A stretch of 64,000 bases of DNA from the NCBI GenBank assembly GCA_010405405.1, contig MU004233.1, positions 2,024,539-2,088,538 of the forward strand, read 5' to 3'. Origin of the DNA: Microthyrium microscopicum. Lineage: Eukaryota. Under the pieces are notes generated by a model. The model saw only the letters and a program-made list of their open reading frames with translations, was not told the DNA's origin and ran no database searches. The first letter of the stretch is position 1, and every line of letters begins with the position of its first letter. The position numbers and the translations under genes are program-made. Below are positions 1 through 12,188 of the stretch, piece by piece.

Positions 1-215
1 TACAGCTCGCCCGCACCACGCAAATCGCCCGTCAAAGCATTCTTCCGCAGTGCTCGCGACTCGATCCTGCCATCATACCACTCACGAGCACCATATCCAA
101 CGGCAGGCGCATATCCAGCAGCCACATACCCAACCAGCCCGATCAAAAGTCCAACCAAGACAGAGGCAGAGAGTCCACGCAGCCCGCAAATGAACATCTC
201 GGCGCCGCTGAACAT
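1..215 (-). CDS. 5' part of a probable secreted/membrane protein running off the left edge of the window
   Basis: Minus-strand frame not in the ORF track is open from ATG 215 (or 197) to position 1: MFSGAEMFICGLRGLSASVLVGLLIGLVGYVAAGYAPAVGYGAREWYDGRIESRALRKNALTGDLRGAGEL..., with a hydrophobic signal-like stretch. Confidence 0.4.
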   Translation of the reverse strand, partial: MFSGAEMFICGLRGLSASVLVGLLIGLVGYVAAGYAPAVGYGAREWYDGRIESRALRKNALTGDLRGAGEL

Positions 216-998
216 CAATCCGCAGTTTGCACACTTGATCAAGCCGCAGACTGCACATCACCCGAGCAATAGACGACCTGACGGATCCTTTTAGGAGAAG
301 GAGATGCGGGATCGTACAGTGTACTGGATTGGCGAAGAGAGCAAACCATTCTAAGGCGTTGCAGCATATTGACCAGACAGACACTCTTTTCATTTGATTT
401 TTTGGGCGTCAACAGCATATACCCATTTTTGCAAGGCTATGATTTTTTAGCAGGTCTGATTTTTGTATGCCGGTCAGCGATTGAAGCGTTTGGCGTTGGC
501 ATAAACCACTCATTTTGATGATCAATGAGGTCTGTTGTTGTATAGTTTCTAGTTGTGTGATAATATTCAGCATTATGATATTCCGAAAACGGTGCATGCA
601 TTTTATGCTTTAAAGTGATAATCTGAAATTAGATTGTGATGATCATTGACGACCGGGCAAGATGATGATGGGTTCTAGGAGTTGGGAGCGAAGCGTCAAT
701 TAAAGTAGTGGCTAAGCTCAGTGTGGAATAGCTGGTAGACCGTTTGTTCCTGCCAAGGGAACGCCTCCAATTTGCCCATTCTCAGTGCTCACCAACAAGT
801 ATTGCAACGACATCACCAATTCTTTCTTGCAATTCAACTTCACTTCTTCATCACTCTCTTTAACTTGTCTATTCCTTCTCTACATCTTGCTTCTGACCAC
901 TTGTCTTTCCTTTAACAAGCCCTTTACGACTTCGATACCGATCTCGACCCAACGCGCCTTCTACGATCCACCCCCTTAAATCGCGTTCCAAAATCACA

Positions 999-1816
999 AT
1001 GCAGTTCAAATCCGTCCTCGCCGTCTTCCTCCTCTCCGCAGGCAGTGCCATTGCCAGCACAAGCCCTCCAGCATGCATGCTCGCCGCTCTCAAGTCCGTC
1101 GATCCTTATACTGAAGCCTGATGGAAAGCAGTAGACTGACGGTGTCATTTATCATTTAGCAACCAGTCCAACCCTGGTGATATCAAGGGCACCTGCAGTT
1201 CAGCAAGTGCTGTACAAAGTGCCATTGGTACAGCATGCACCGCTTCCACTGACAAAAGTGCTGCCTACTCCGCCTTTGCCGACTCGTGCAAGAGTGCAGG
1301 CGTGACAGTCCGTACGTACATATAGGAACATCCCACTCCCGCCAACAATGGCAGCTCATGTACTCAACCAACCATACATACAATTCGCTAACGAGCCTTA
1401 TAGCATCTGTCGCAGCAACCTCATCAGGAACTTCAGCATCAGGTAAAGACCCTAACCAAGAAACCCCCTCGGAGGAATATAATGCAAACCAACAACGCCT
1501 CACCCCCATCTCGGAAGACCAGTCGTCATCCGAGTCAAGCTCATCTCCATCTGATTCCCTTCATGTTACATCATCTGCTTCCTCCAAGGAGTCTGCAACT
1601 TCATCGTCTTCAACATCCACTAACCTGCTCAACTCAGGTACCGGCTCTGGCAAGGGTTCTTCTGCCACTGGAACTGCTGCTGGCTCTTCCGCTTCAGCTT
1701 CAGGCTCTGGCACCACAAAGTCCAATGCTGCGGTCCAACACACCGGCTTTGGCGCTACTGGAGTGCTCGGCGTTGCTGTTGCTGGATTCGTGGCTGGTGC
1801 GGCTATACTTTTGTAG
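999..1816 (+). CDS. GPI-anchored Ser/Thr-rich cell wall protein with small Cys-containing N-terminal domain
   Basis: Signal peptide MQFKSVLAVFLLSAGSAIA; PPACMLAALNNQSNPGDIKGTC...C...C domain; introns 1094-1159, 1312-1403 and probably 1443-1637; S/T/G-rich stalk; omega-like SNAA and hydrophobic C-terminus GVLGVAVAGFVAGAAILL. Confidence 0.85.
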
Positions 1817-2637
1817 GATGGTGTATACTTTGGTTGTGTATGATTAGTTTGGAACTGCAGAAAAGGCACATCTTGCATATCGAAAGGCCACTTGATGCAT
1901 GGCACTGGATAAGTGCTTGGGCGAATAACTTTAGACTGGGATTCTTGGCGAATAGGAGCAGTATGCTCATTGTTTGGGTTTTGTCGGTGTTTGTCGGTTA
2001 TTGAACTCCAAATAAATGATAATTACCTGGCATTTCTGTCAACATCATTTTGAACCTTGGTGTTTGCTCACGGCCGAATGATTCCCATGGTTGATTGCTC
2101 AGCGAATCACCTGCAATATCATGTTGCTGTAAGGCTGACAAGTCGCTCGTGCTAACAGCCTCGAGCATAGAGGGAACTCATCGGCTAACATGGCATCAAT
2201 CCGCCACTCTTTTGCAACTTTGAATAGTGTATCTTCTTTGCCACAACAGCTAGAACAAGTTTACTAATCATAGGGTATGTTCAGGATAGCCAATTATGGT
2301 TGGCGGATATGCATTGCCGATTGACGAGGCTACGGCACATGCAACGAACCTTGCTACCCCAGATTAAGCTCCAACATTTCATACCCGAGGCGAGGGGTTC
2401 ATATGTCAGTACGCTTGACACTACATTATTTCAACACGCCGCTGCAACTCCTCCTTGAAAACGTTCGAACGAATATACTTTATGGTGAATTATTCAATTG
2501 TTCTATAACTAGTGTGGTTTACTCTTAAAGCCTGAGTATCACGAGTTTCTAAGTACCATTGTCGCCACATCCCTTCATCACCACTCTTGCCACATTCTCA
2601 ACTACAACTTTCAAGAGCTTGGAAAACTACAATCACA

Positions 2638-4073
2638 ATGGCACCAAAAGAAATGGCACCCGTCTACGTCCTCGGCGTAGGCATGACTAAATTCATCAAA
2701 CCCCGCGGCAAAGTAGACTATACCGAACTCGGTTTCGAAGCCGGTATCAAAGCCATGCTTGACGCGCAAATCAACTACGATCAAGTCGACCAAGGAGTCG
2801 CCTGCTATTGCTACGGAGACAGCACATGTGGTCAGCGAGTCTTCTACCAGTTCGGCATGACTCAAATTCCCATCTACAACGTTAACAACAACTGCTCCAC
2901 TGGCTCCACTGGTCTTTTCATGGGCCGCAATGCGATCGGCTATGGTCAATCGGATTGTGTGCTCGTGGTTGGGTTCGAGAAGATGAGTGCTGGCAGTCTG
3001 CAGAATTTCTTCCAGGATCGGGAGAATCCTATTGGAACGAGTAATCTGGTTATGGCGGAGACGAGAGGGATCGCAAAGGCGCCTGGTGCTGCTCAACTCT
3101 TCGGCAACGCTGGTCGCGAATACATGGAGAAGTACATACCACACCCTACACCACCTGACACATAAACATCGCATACTAACTAACCTGTAGATATGGTGCC
3201 AAATCAGAAGATTTCGCTGAAATCGCCCGCGTAAACCATCTCCACTCCAAAAACAATCCCTACTCCCAATTCCAAGACCAATACACCCTCGACCAAATCT
3301 CAAAATCAACCATGATCCACGCCCCCCTCACAAAACTCCAATGCTGCCCAACCTCCGACGGAGCCGCAGCCGCCGTCCTCGTCTCGCAAGCTTTCCTCGA
3401 CGCCAGACCCCATCTCAAGAGCCAAGCAGTCCTCATGGCCGGCCAAGCAATGGCCACCGATTCACCCAACCTCTTCAACAAATCCGACATTGAGCTCGTC
3501 GGCTACGGAATGGGCCAACGCGCCGCAGCAGACGCGCTCGCCCAAGCACACGCTCGCATCGACGATGTTTCCGTCGTTGAACTGCATGACTGTTTCTCGG
3601 CCAACGAAATGGTCACCATCGACGCCCTCGGCATGAGCGCCCCCGGCAAAGCCCACGAACTCGTCCGCAACGGCGATCTAACCTACGGCGGAAAATTCCT
3701 CGTCAATCCCTCCGGCGGCCTCATCTCCAAAGGCCACCCGCTCGGCGCCACCGGTCTAGCGCAATGTGCTGAATTAGTTTGGCATCTACGTGGATGGGCG
3801 AACAACCGCTCCGTGCCAGGCACGCGCATGTGTCTGCAGCACAACCTTGGTCTGGGAGGGGCAGCAGTTGTGGGTGTGTACAGACGCGCGGATGGACAGG
3901 AGGCGAAGGATGTGAGCAACGAGGAGGTGGGCAAGTTGAATAAGTTGGGGTATAATCCGGCTGTGGAGGCGAAGGGCTTTACAAAGGCGCAGGTTGATGC
4001 TACGAGGAGTAAGAGGGCGAGAAGTGCGTGGGCGATTCAGGATACGGAGGAGAAGGTTGAGGCGAGGTTTTAG
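2638..4073 (+). CDS. SCP2-type thiolase (non-specific lipid-transfer protein/sterol carrier thiolase), probably peroxisomal
   Basis: GVGMTKF, NNNCSTGSTG (catalytic Cys), CCPTSDGAAA, VVELHDCFS, GHPLGATG, QHNLGLGG; intron 3132-3190; C-terminal ARF is PTS1-like. Confidence 0.95.
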
Positions 4074-4643
4074 GGGTGGTGAAAATTCTGGATTGTATAT
4101 ATCTTGTGCTTTGGTGGCAATGTTAAGTTCTAGTATGTTATCTTGTTCTTGTTCATGATTAAGTCTAAGTACTTACTGAGTGATATCGTTTCTGCTATCC
4201 TTTCCTTCCAACGGATGGCTTCCATTTCATACGTAAAGTTCTCCGTCATTGACCTCTGGTGAACAATATACAAGGTACATCTGTTCGCATCTGCTATCGC
4301 AGGTTAATTCAAAGCTCATTTTACATGAAAGAGTGCCACAGAATCTCACCAGTCTCAATTGAATGGAAAAAGCAATCTTGTCGACTCAGAACGTGACAGG
4401 GCGTCAGCGACGCGTCGCCGTCGCGTACTATCGTCACACCAGCGCGTCTTTGGAGCGCCACATTGAGCCATTGAGACAAGAAAGCGAAGAATCGAAAGAT
4501 ACCAACTCGATGAACTCGTCGTCAAGGCAACTGTTATCTTCCTTTGAGGGGTTTTAAGGAGCTCGGTTCCCGTGTCAAGAGAGAGCGCCCCATAAATTGT
4601 CTTATCTTCTCTCTCTCGCTATTTGTCCGTACGAATAGTCAGC

Positions 4644-6429
4644 ATGGCACCCGCCAAAGTCTGTTTCAACTGCGCTCAGGACGGCCTACAAAAGTGCTGT
4701 CCAACCGCCACGGGATGCTCTCGTAATCGAAGGGTGAAGAAGAAGAATGTTCGGATCGCGCGAGCCTTTGCTCAAACGTCAGAAGAAGACTCTGACCACG
4801 ACAAGCTCACCACCCCGATAGACATGAGCATAGAGCGGATCTTCCCCGCTGATTCCAGTCGAGAAGTAGATCAAGTGACAGCGTTTTTTCTCGACAGAGA
4901 TGTCTTCCAAGAGAAAGGCTACTCGAAGACCCCAATCTCAGTCGCTGTGCCTGATCATTGTCAAACATGGCTGACCAGGGGATTCAACCGGCAAGTTGAG
5001 CGGAAGAATGATGTCTTTTGGGCCGGATATGCCCAAAGCTGGCAAACTGCTTTCCCCATTAGTCGGTCTATCTACCAGAGTCAATCATGTATCTAACTTT
5101 TCCAAGTATCCAAAGCGCGATTCGACGAGCGGTTCGCAGATTCTAGTCGACATACACCCGATTTCATTGCTTTAATGCTTGCCATGCAGCTAGGCACAGA
5201 CAGAAAAGACACCCACGAGGGCGTTTACGGTTTATATCAGAACGTGAAGCAATGGTGTCAGAGCTTGGAAGCGCATGGAATGATATCGTTGTTGCTCTTA
5301 CAGACCTATATGTTGATTGCACTGTACGAAGTATCACACGCGATCCATCCAGCAGCATATCTCACTATTGGGCATCTTGTCCGGCTTGCCGAGTTGTTAC
5401 AGCTTCAACAGTGCAATAATCCCCACCGATTGAATGGGGCGTCCAGTTAGTACTCCTTATCAGCTGCTGCGCTATAGCTGACTCTGGCCAGGACACTGGC
5501 TGTCTGTTGAAGAAGAACGTCGCGCTTGGTGGGGAATATATATTTTAGACAGGTAAGTACCCAAATCCTTCAAGATCATCCCCATTTCTCAACTTGTATG
5601 CTGATGGTCTGTAATCTAGATATACCAGCATATGCGGGTTTCGAACGGTTAAACCAGTGTTGGATGAGCCTGCTACTGATATGTCGCTGCCTATGGACGA
5701 CGAGAACTTCCATCTTGGGGTATGTTATCTTTTTAGGTCTATTGTGATTGCCAGTATATGCTAAGCGAAAAAATGCAGGACAAATCCGAGAGTCATTCCA
5801 TCTTCAGGGCGCACGACAGGCCAGTTTCTCCATTTGCGCGTACGTGCCAGGCAGCAATCTTACTCTCGAAGGTTATAAAAAACACCAAGAAAGATAAGCC
5901 ATACATCTCTGAAACTGCATATCTTCGAATGGACATCTCTCAATTGAGAACCTTTTGTGCGCACGAGAGTCTAATTCTCCCACGAGATCCCAAGCAATTT
6001 TCAGCACTTCTGCCAGCTATCGCAATACTATTCAGTGCTGAGCTCGCTCTGAATTATAGCCAAGCAACTAAGCATACTGGTAATGATGTCTCAGTGTGTT
6101 GTCCATCTCCTTTGCGTTTGGAAACTCGAAACTTTGCAGAGGCATTACAAAGGCATTACAACAATCCACACACACGGACTGCGTTCGGGCCATTCATTCC
6201 AAACGCTTTGTATCAAATGGCCAAATGCCAAGCGTTTGACGTGCTCACGCTGGGAGAGGTCTATCATGATAACAATGCTGAGGTATTAAGATATACACTG
6301 AGACTTTCGGGCGAAAACTGGAGAGAGGGAGGTATGATATTGAATTTCTGGTCCTGCCATACGCAGTCACTAATTATATGTCTAGATATGTACTTGAAGA
6401 TGCTCCAGAATGGGAACCAAGATGCCTAG
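4644..6429 (+). CDS. Fungal-specific transcription factor (Fungal_trans-like middle region) with degenerate Zn2Cys6-like N-terminus
   Basis: Spliced model gives FPII/VSKAR (intron ~5062-5106), LLLQTYMLIALYEVSHAIHPAAYLTIG, EEERRAWWGIYILDR and VSPFARTCQAAILLSKV; N-terminus CFNC-x7-CC-x5-C. About 5 introns, boundaries approximate. Confidence 0.75.
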
Positions 6430-6715
6430 AATATCCTTTTCCCCGTAGAAATTTCTGCACATTTTCAGGACCTTCATACCTCGATTTATTCGCGGAAGAA
6501 GACAAAGATTTTCATCTCCTCATCAGAGGACCAGAAAACTAGACGGTCCTTAGATCACTATGGCTATTTCTGTCACGGTTTCCAGAAATGACCGTTCACA
6601 ACATGTTGCTTTGGGCTGTCTTATAGCTGTGGCACTGAAGCGTGTGAAAATAGTGCTGTGCGTGGTCTTATATGTTACAGACTACTCCGTACCTAGACCT
6701 CATCTACACTATGGG

Positions 6716-7925
6716 CTATCGAAGACGAGAAAAGGTCCGGTCTGTCAAATCCAGACCGTATGGCATACTGAAAGCAGCCAGAACAATCTTCCATGCTTTA
6801 GTGCTAGTCCAACGCGACAGTGGACCGAACGCTCTTGTGACATCTTGCTGGAGCACTGTATCGTTTGCCTTACCCCCTCTCATGAGCGCCTGAATCTTCA
6901 GCTCAACCTGCATCATTCGGACTTCTCTGGTCCAGCGCAGCTCTTTTTGCAACTCCTTTGTGGATAACACTCGGAAGAGCCCGTTCTTCTCTAGGTGTAA
7001 TGGCTCGTCTTGGATATCATACACGGCACCAGTGGCGAGCAAGTTTCGAAGATCAAAGCTGTCGTCCACAACGAATCGGTCTTGGATGTTACAAAGCGCT
7101 GAGCAGTTGAATACGTGGATGGCCGCATCAATACCATAACTCGCGCAAATCTGTAGAGAATCAAGGGGCGCATGAGGTAGGTAAGATCCTCGCGTAGATA
7201 GACTATGGCAGCTGTTGCTTGGACGGCTGTTCGTTGGGGATTGTTGAGAATTAGTCCAAGCATTCTTATCCTGCAAAGATTAGAGTTTGCCTTTATAAAT
7301 GCGCTAAAACTTACAAATGGCTTTGAAAGACTGTCAGACCACTAAATGCAAGCCGCGGAAATGGAACAGGCTGGAGCTCCTCATGAATTGTTTCGTGGCT
7401 TCGTCCAGGTCGTAGACCCGTCCTACCTTTGTGAATGAGATGCGACCTCAGAACTGAAATAGAATTGGGTTCGGTCAGGTATTCTATCCAGAGCTTCATG
7501 CCTTTCTCTTCGTCCTCCGAGAGCAAGTCGAGTTTACGCAGCTCCGTTACAACTTCAAGCTCCTCCAGCACGCGCTCTAACTTCTCGGCTAACCAGCGGT
7601 CATCCATGGCCCATGAAGCTGGCCGAATCTTCCATTCCTCACGACCTTGATGAATCCCGGGCGTCGTCCAGAGAGAAAGGAGGGCTTTCACGTAGAAATC
7701 TAACAGAACAGCTTGATCGGATTCTTCGGGGTTGATGTGGAACTTGAAAGCGCCAACTTGGGAGAATCTTAGCTGGACGGCATACACGTAATGGAGCGTA
7801 TCATCAGTTCTAGAACGAGCAAATCCAACTATCCAGCGATTGGGAATGGACTTGCAAAAAAGACTCTTCGGGTGGCTTAACTTTCCAAAGTCTTCAAGGA
7901 ACTTCAGCTCGTGTGCTTGTGCCAT
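6716..7925 (-). CDS. Hypothetical protein with possible degenerate MYND-like segment; may be a pseudogene
   Basis: 204-aa ATG ORF (RPASWAMDDRWLAEKLERVLEELEV) followed by a clear 44-nt GTAAGT..CTAAT..CAG intron (7271-7314) and a 186-aa frame containing CHS...ICAS...NCSALC; the splice phase does not join these two frames. Confidence 0.45.
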
Positions 7926-8406
7926 AGCTGCGATAAAAGACTGTGCAATTAGAGCTAAACAGACAAAAAGAACTTAGACATAACAAGCTTAATATAAGGC
8001 ATCGCTGACCTGACGAGGAAAACAATCATCACTAATGTGTTGCGATACAGAGTTGGCTCATCATGTCTGTTACGTACCTAACTTATCTGAGTACTTAGGT
8101 GCCAAAAGACTGGCTATTTTCGTATAACAAATAAAGATAAGCATCTCTGGGCTTTCAGATATGTGTTTTTGCTTGTCATTCTATAGACGAGTGTAAGAGT
8201 AACACGTCAAGTCTACACCAGTTGGACCGGAGAATGATCCTATTGGGGAGCCTATGTAAAAGTGTTGCTTGATACAATGGGGATGGAGTGCGGAGCTCGT
8301 GGCTAAGAGCGTTGCCATAGAAAACCAGAGCTGTTGGTCGAGAGTTTGGGCGAGGCATAAGAGTACATTAACCAAATTTCAGATTCACCTGCATACGCGA
8401 TAGCTA

Positions 8407-9090
8407 CTATCCTTCTCGCTTCCAACCGACCAAATCTGCATAGAAACTACGAATGGCTGAGCAACGCAATTTCACAAGTCGGCCTTCCCCCGAATATCCA
8501 TCAATCTCAACAGTAATCTGGTCATTATCCACTTTGATTCTCAGCCAGAGATTGTCAGTCAGTAGCTGTTTATACTCCCAACAATCGGATGATTCAAATC
8601 GAACTCCATGATGTACCTTGACAATCAAGGCGAAGCTCGTATGCCAGATATAAGCCGCATATATCTTTTTGTGCCCGTGTGGCATTTCACTCAACCACCT
8701 ATTGGTAGAATTTTGTGGCCAGTAGTCTTGAATAGGAACTCCAACTGCGAGATAGTCATGAGTAAGGCGCACTCGGGCTAGAGCAATAGTAGTACTAGGA
8801 ATTGGAAGACGAGGCCCATCAAGCTCATCGAAGCACCAAGTACCTCTAGCACGCTCAATTGGAGATGGCGCATTATGAGTTACTCTGTGCTGCTTACGAA
8901 GGACAAACACAAGAAGTCGCTCAGTTCTATCCTGTTGTTTGTGACGATGCTGGCTTGTAGGAATGCAGGTTGAATGTCGTTTCGCTCCATTATCCGGTCT
9001 TTCAAAGGGTAGTTCGTGCCTGAGGGGGGAGGAAACTATGGGGTCATGAGGCTCTGATATCTTCAAGAAAGAAAAGAGTCTGTCCATCAT
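8407..9090 (-). CDS. Hypothetical (orphan-like) protein, 227 aa
   Basis: Uninterrupted ATG-initiated ORF with globular-looking composition; no family recognised. Confidence 0.5.
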   Translation of the reverse strand: MMDRLFSFLKISEPHDPIVSSPLRHELPFERPDNGAKRHSTCIPTSQHRHKQQDRTERLLVFVLRKQHRVTHNAPSPIERARGTWCFDELDGPRLPIPSTTIALARVRLTHDYLAVGVPIQDYWPQNSTNRWLSEMPHGHKKIYAAYIWHTSFALIVKVHHGVRFESSDCWEYKQLLTDNLWLRIKVDNDQITVEIDGYSGEGRLVKLRCSAIRSFYADLVGWKREG

Positions 9091-10064
9091 GAGGAATCGG
9101 GACTTGAGGCTTTGTAAGAGTGGCTATGAAATGAGAGATCACTTTTAGTGGAAGCAGATTTATTGCAGTCTAGGAAGAGGCATAAGTAACAACTGTTTTA
9201 AAGTTTCCATTTGGGTATATGTACATATCTTTTGATACATGGGACTTGCGACTCAGACATACTACCTAGCAACAAAGAACTTCGCCTTTTTTGAAGTAAG
9301 AGTTTCGAACTCATACCAGTTCTCATCGCTATGAGATCAGTTCAGATACATCAAGTTTCATATTGGATCATTATCTTGAAGGCAGTTTCATGACCAATGG
9401 CACAATGATCGCGAAGCTAGACAAGTTCCTCGGAAGCGAGCACGCAATACAAAATTCGAAGCGATTTACTTGATGCTTGGTGTTAGCACGTAGACCAGTG
9501 AATCGTTGTGTCTGTCTTCATATGTTTGTATGGTTACAGAAACCACTTCGCAGGCTATGAAAGCCATCCAATGCAACAAGACCTACTCGTGTATGATGAT
9601 CTGATGTTAGGAGTCTTAAACTATTTAAATGGTCAAGGCTGTCCCCCGGATAGTAGCATGTTCCTCCATATATCGAAAGCGAAAGAATGGATGAAGAATG
9701 GCATGTCAAGTATAAAATGTACGACAATACTGGTTCATTGGACTATCTATAGTTCCAACATTCAACTCTAGACCAAAGATTACTGCCAGCCCATCATAGA
9801 AAATGATCATATATTAGACGTTGGAACTTCCATGAGAGGGATAGTCATGAAATCCACATATTTTGCAGTACAGCGTACATATTCATTGCAGTCACGTCAA
9901 CATCAGCAGCTCTCTCTACGAGACGAATAATTCGGGCCTTGCAACAAGTCAGTGTTCAATGGAAGTTGAAGCGCAACTTCCTAAATAGGGCAAGTCAGGA
10001 ACTGCTCCGATGTAGAACCTCCGATGAAGGTTATCTCGGTAACCCAGACTGTTGTGATCGCTTA

Positions 10065-10707
10065 CAGTACCCCTTTTAGGACTAACACTACTTCGAACTC
10101 GCGATCTAACAGTCTGGGATCACATCGCGGAATTTGTTAGACTCAACGCTTGCGACTTTTTAGCTTTTAGATTCAAATAGGTTTATCTCGACAATAAAGC
10201 GTCTTTTCAAAATTGTGAGCTTTGCTAAAAATACTTCAACAACGACGCTTTATAACCATAGTAATTTCATTTTTATTGCTCAACTCTACATAGCTACATA
10301 GATTACCAAAAACAAGGCCCAAAAACAACTCGATGCTTGCAGGTTCGCGATTTACCAACCCCCCAAAACTCTACGACGGCTAAATTTTATGAATATTTTT
10401 TATAAGCATTGTTATTCGCCTTGTCCTAAAAATTCCAAAACAAATATCCAAAAACTCAAATTTAGCAAGATGGTAGAGTTATATTGGTTCAAAGAATTGT
10501 TATTTTTCTGGTTTTGGGGAACATGAAGCTATAACAAGAACTTTGATCAAGAATCCTAAGCTCAATTATGGGAGAATAAATAAGCCGTGAGTAGCAATAA
10601 ATAGCTAAGCTTAAGTAGTTTACGAAGCTGTCAATTTCAAAGAATAAAGAGTTGTTATTGATAAATATCCAATGAGTTGAAGATGTTGAGTTTTAAAGGG
10701 TTGACAC
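10065..10707. mobile_element. Decayed AT-rich element with degenerate terminal inverted repeats (possible DNA transposon/MITE relic)
   Basis: Abrupt AT-rich, ORF-free tract. Left end TA|cagtaccccttttaggactaacactacttcgaactc loosely matches the reverse complement of the right end, gtgtcaaccctttaaaactcaacatcttcaactc, which is followed by TA. Confidence 0.4.
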
Positions 10708-11001
10708 TAACAAAAGGCGCGATAGGGTCTCAGACGGTAAAACAGGGTCAGCTCCACCACGTGACCGTGGTAGAGCTGATCCTGTTGTACCGTATGAGTT
10801 TCTGAGATAAGATGAAGGCAGACCCTGTGCCCCGCCCCCATGTAACACATGTGCATCATTCCAACCATACATAGTAGCTGTAGCCTTAACTCCTTCACAA
10901 TCCTGCTCTATTACTCCACTTACTGCAAGCTTCTCCTAAAGGTAATTCCAAAAAATAGCTCGATATCTCACTCATATCAATCCCAAGCTTCCAGTGACAT
11001 C

Positions 11002-11743
11002 ATGGCTCCCGCAGGCGCAAACAAACCGAAGGTGTATGATGGTGAGCTCTCTGTCACAGTGCTTGAATGAATAAACTTCATTTTGGAACTATAGATCTAA
11101 CATCCAATAGGCTCGGGACTACGGATAGGCATCGTCCATGCGCGATGGAACAGCACCATCATCGACGCCCTCGTAGCCGGAGCTAAAAAGTCGCTGAAAG
11201 CCGCTGGCGTAGTTGAAGACAACATCATCGTTCAGAGCGTAGCAGGCAGCTGGGAACTCCCAATGGCCACCCAACGGTACTTTCTCACCACTCCCATCCT
11301 CCAATCTCCATCTGACTAACTTCTCTAGCATGTACGCCGCCTCACAATCCCAGTCCTCATCCTCCTCACTCCTCCAAACAACCACCGATCTCCTCGCCTC
11401 CACATCCTTCACGGACCTCAGCAAAGCACCGGGCGCATCAGCAAAAGGCAGTGGCAGTTCTGCGCCCTTCGATGCCATTATATCGATCGGCGTGCTGGTC
11501 AAGGGCGAGACGATGCATTTCGAATACATTGCAGACTCAGTCGTCCACGGCCTGATGAAGGTTCAGTTGGACACGGGGTTCCCGGTAGTGCTTGGGCTAT
11601 TGACGGTGCTGAATGAGAAGCAGGGTGAGGCGCGGGCAGGACTTACGCCTGATGGACATAATCATGGGGAGGATTGGGGGTTGGCGGCGGTAGAAATGGG
11701 GTTCAAGGGGAAGGCTTGGGCCAAGGGAGAGATGGTGGATTAG
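11002..11743 (+). CDS. RIB4: 6,7-dimethyl-8-ribityllumazine synthase
   Basis: Spliced: [75 protein letters not shown]; introns 11042-11110 and ~11277-11328. Confidence 0.96.
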
Positions 11744-12188
11744 GTCTTGATGATACTAGTACCTAGACAAGGTCTCTTGATTGCATTCTCCAGAGAGGAG
11801 TTGAGATTTCAAAGATCTTTCATGTGTGTGGAAAGCGCTCGTACTTGATATCAAAATCAGTAGGAGCCATGGGCCATGGCCCATGGACGTCGCCGATGGC
11901 GCCCACTCGAGACGAAAATTCAATAAGATCATTCAAGAAGTACAATCAAATCTAAACATCACGTACAAAATATACAGCTCTATTTAACGCCAAATGTAGC
12001 GTATAACAAATCTCTTCTTGCTCATCCCCAAACCACCCCACCATACAAAAAACACCAACTCCAAACCCCCACCAAAAATTTATCACCACTTTTCCCAGTT
12101 CCCACATACACTCAACCACCACCACCACCATCACCATCACCATTCCTTACCGCCCATATCGTATCAAATCCTCTCCAACCCAGCAGCC

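Noticed and set aside
82..393. 103-aa Cys/Trp-rich ORF
   Set aside because: Odd composition; an alternative frame open to the window edge looks more like the real coding frame.
12018..12188. Poly-His N-terminal extension of Trm112
   Set aside because: Starts at TTG only; it is a CAC/CAT microsatellite in the 5' region, and the conserved protein starts at ATG 12189.
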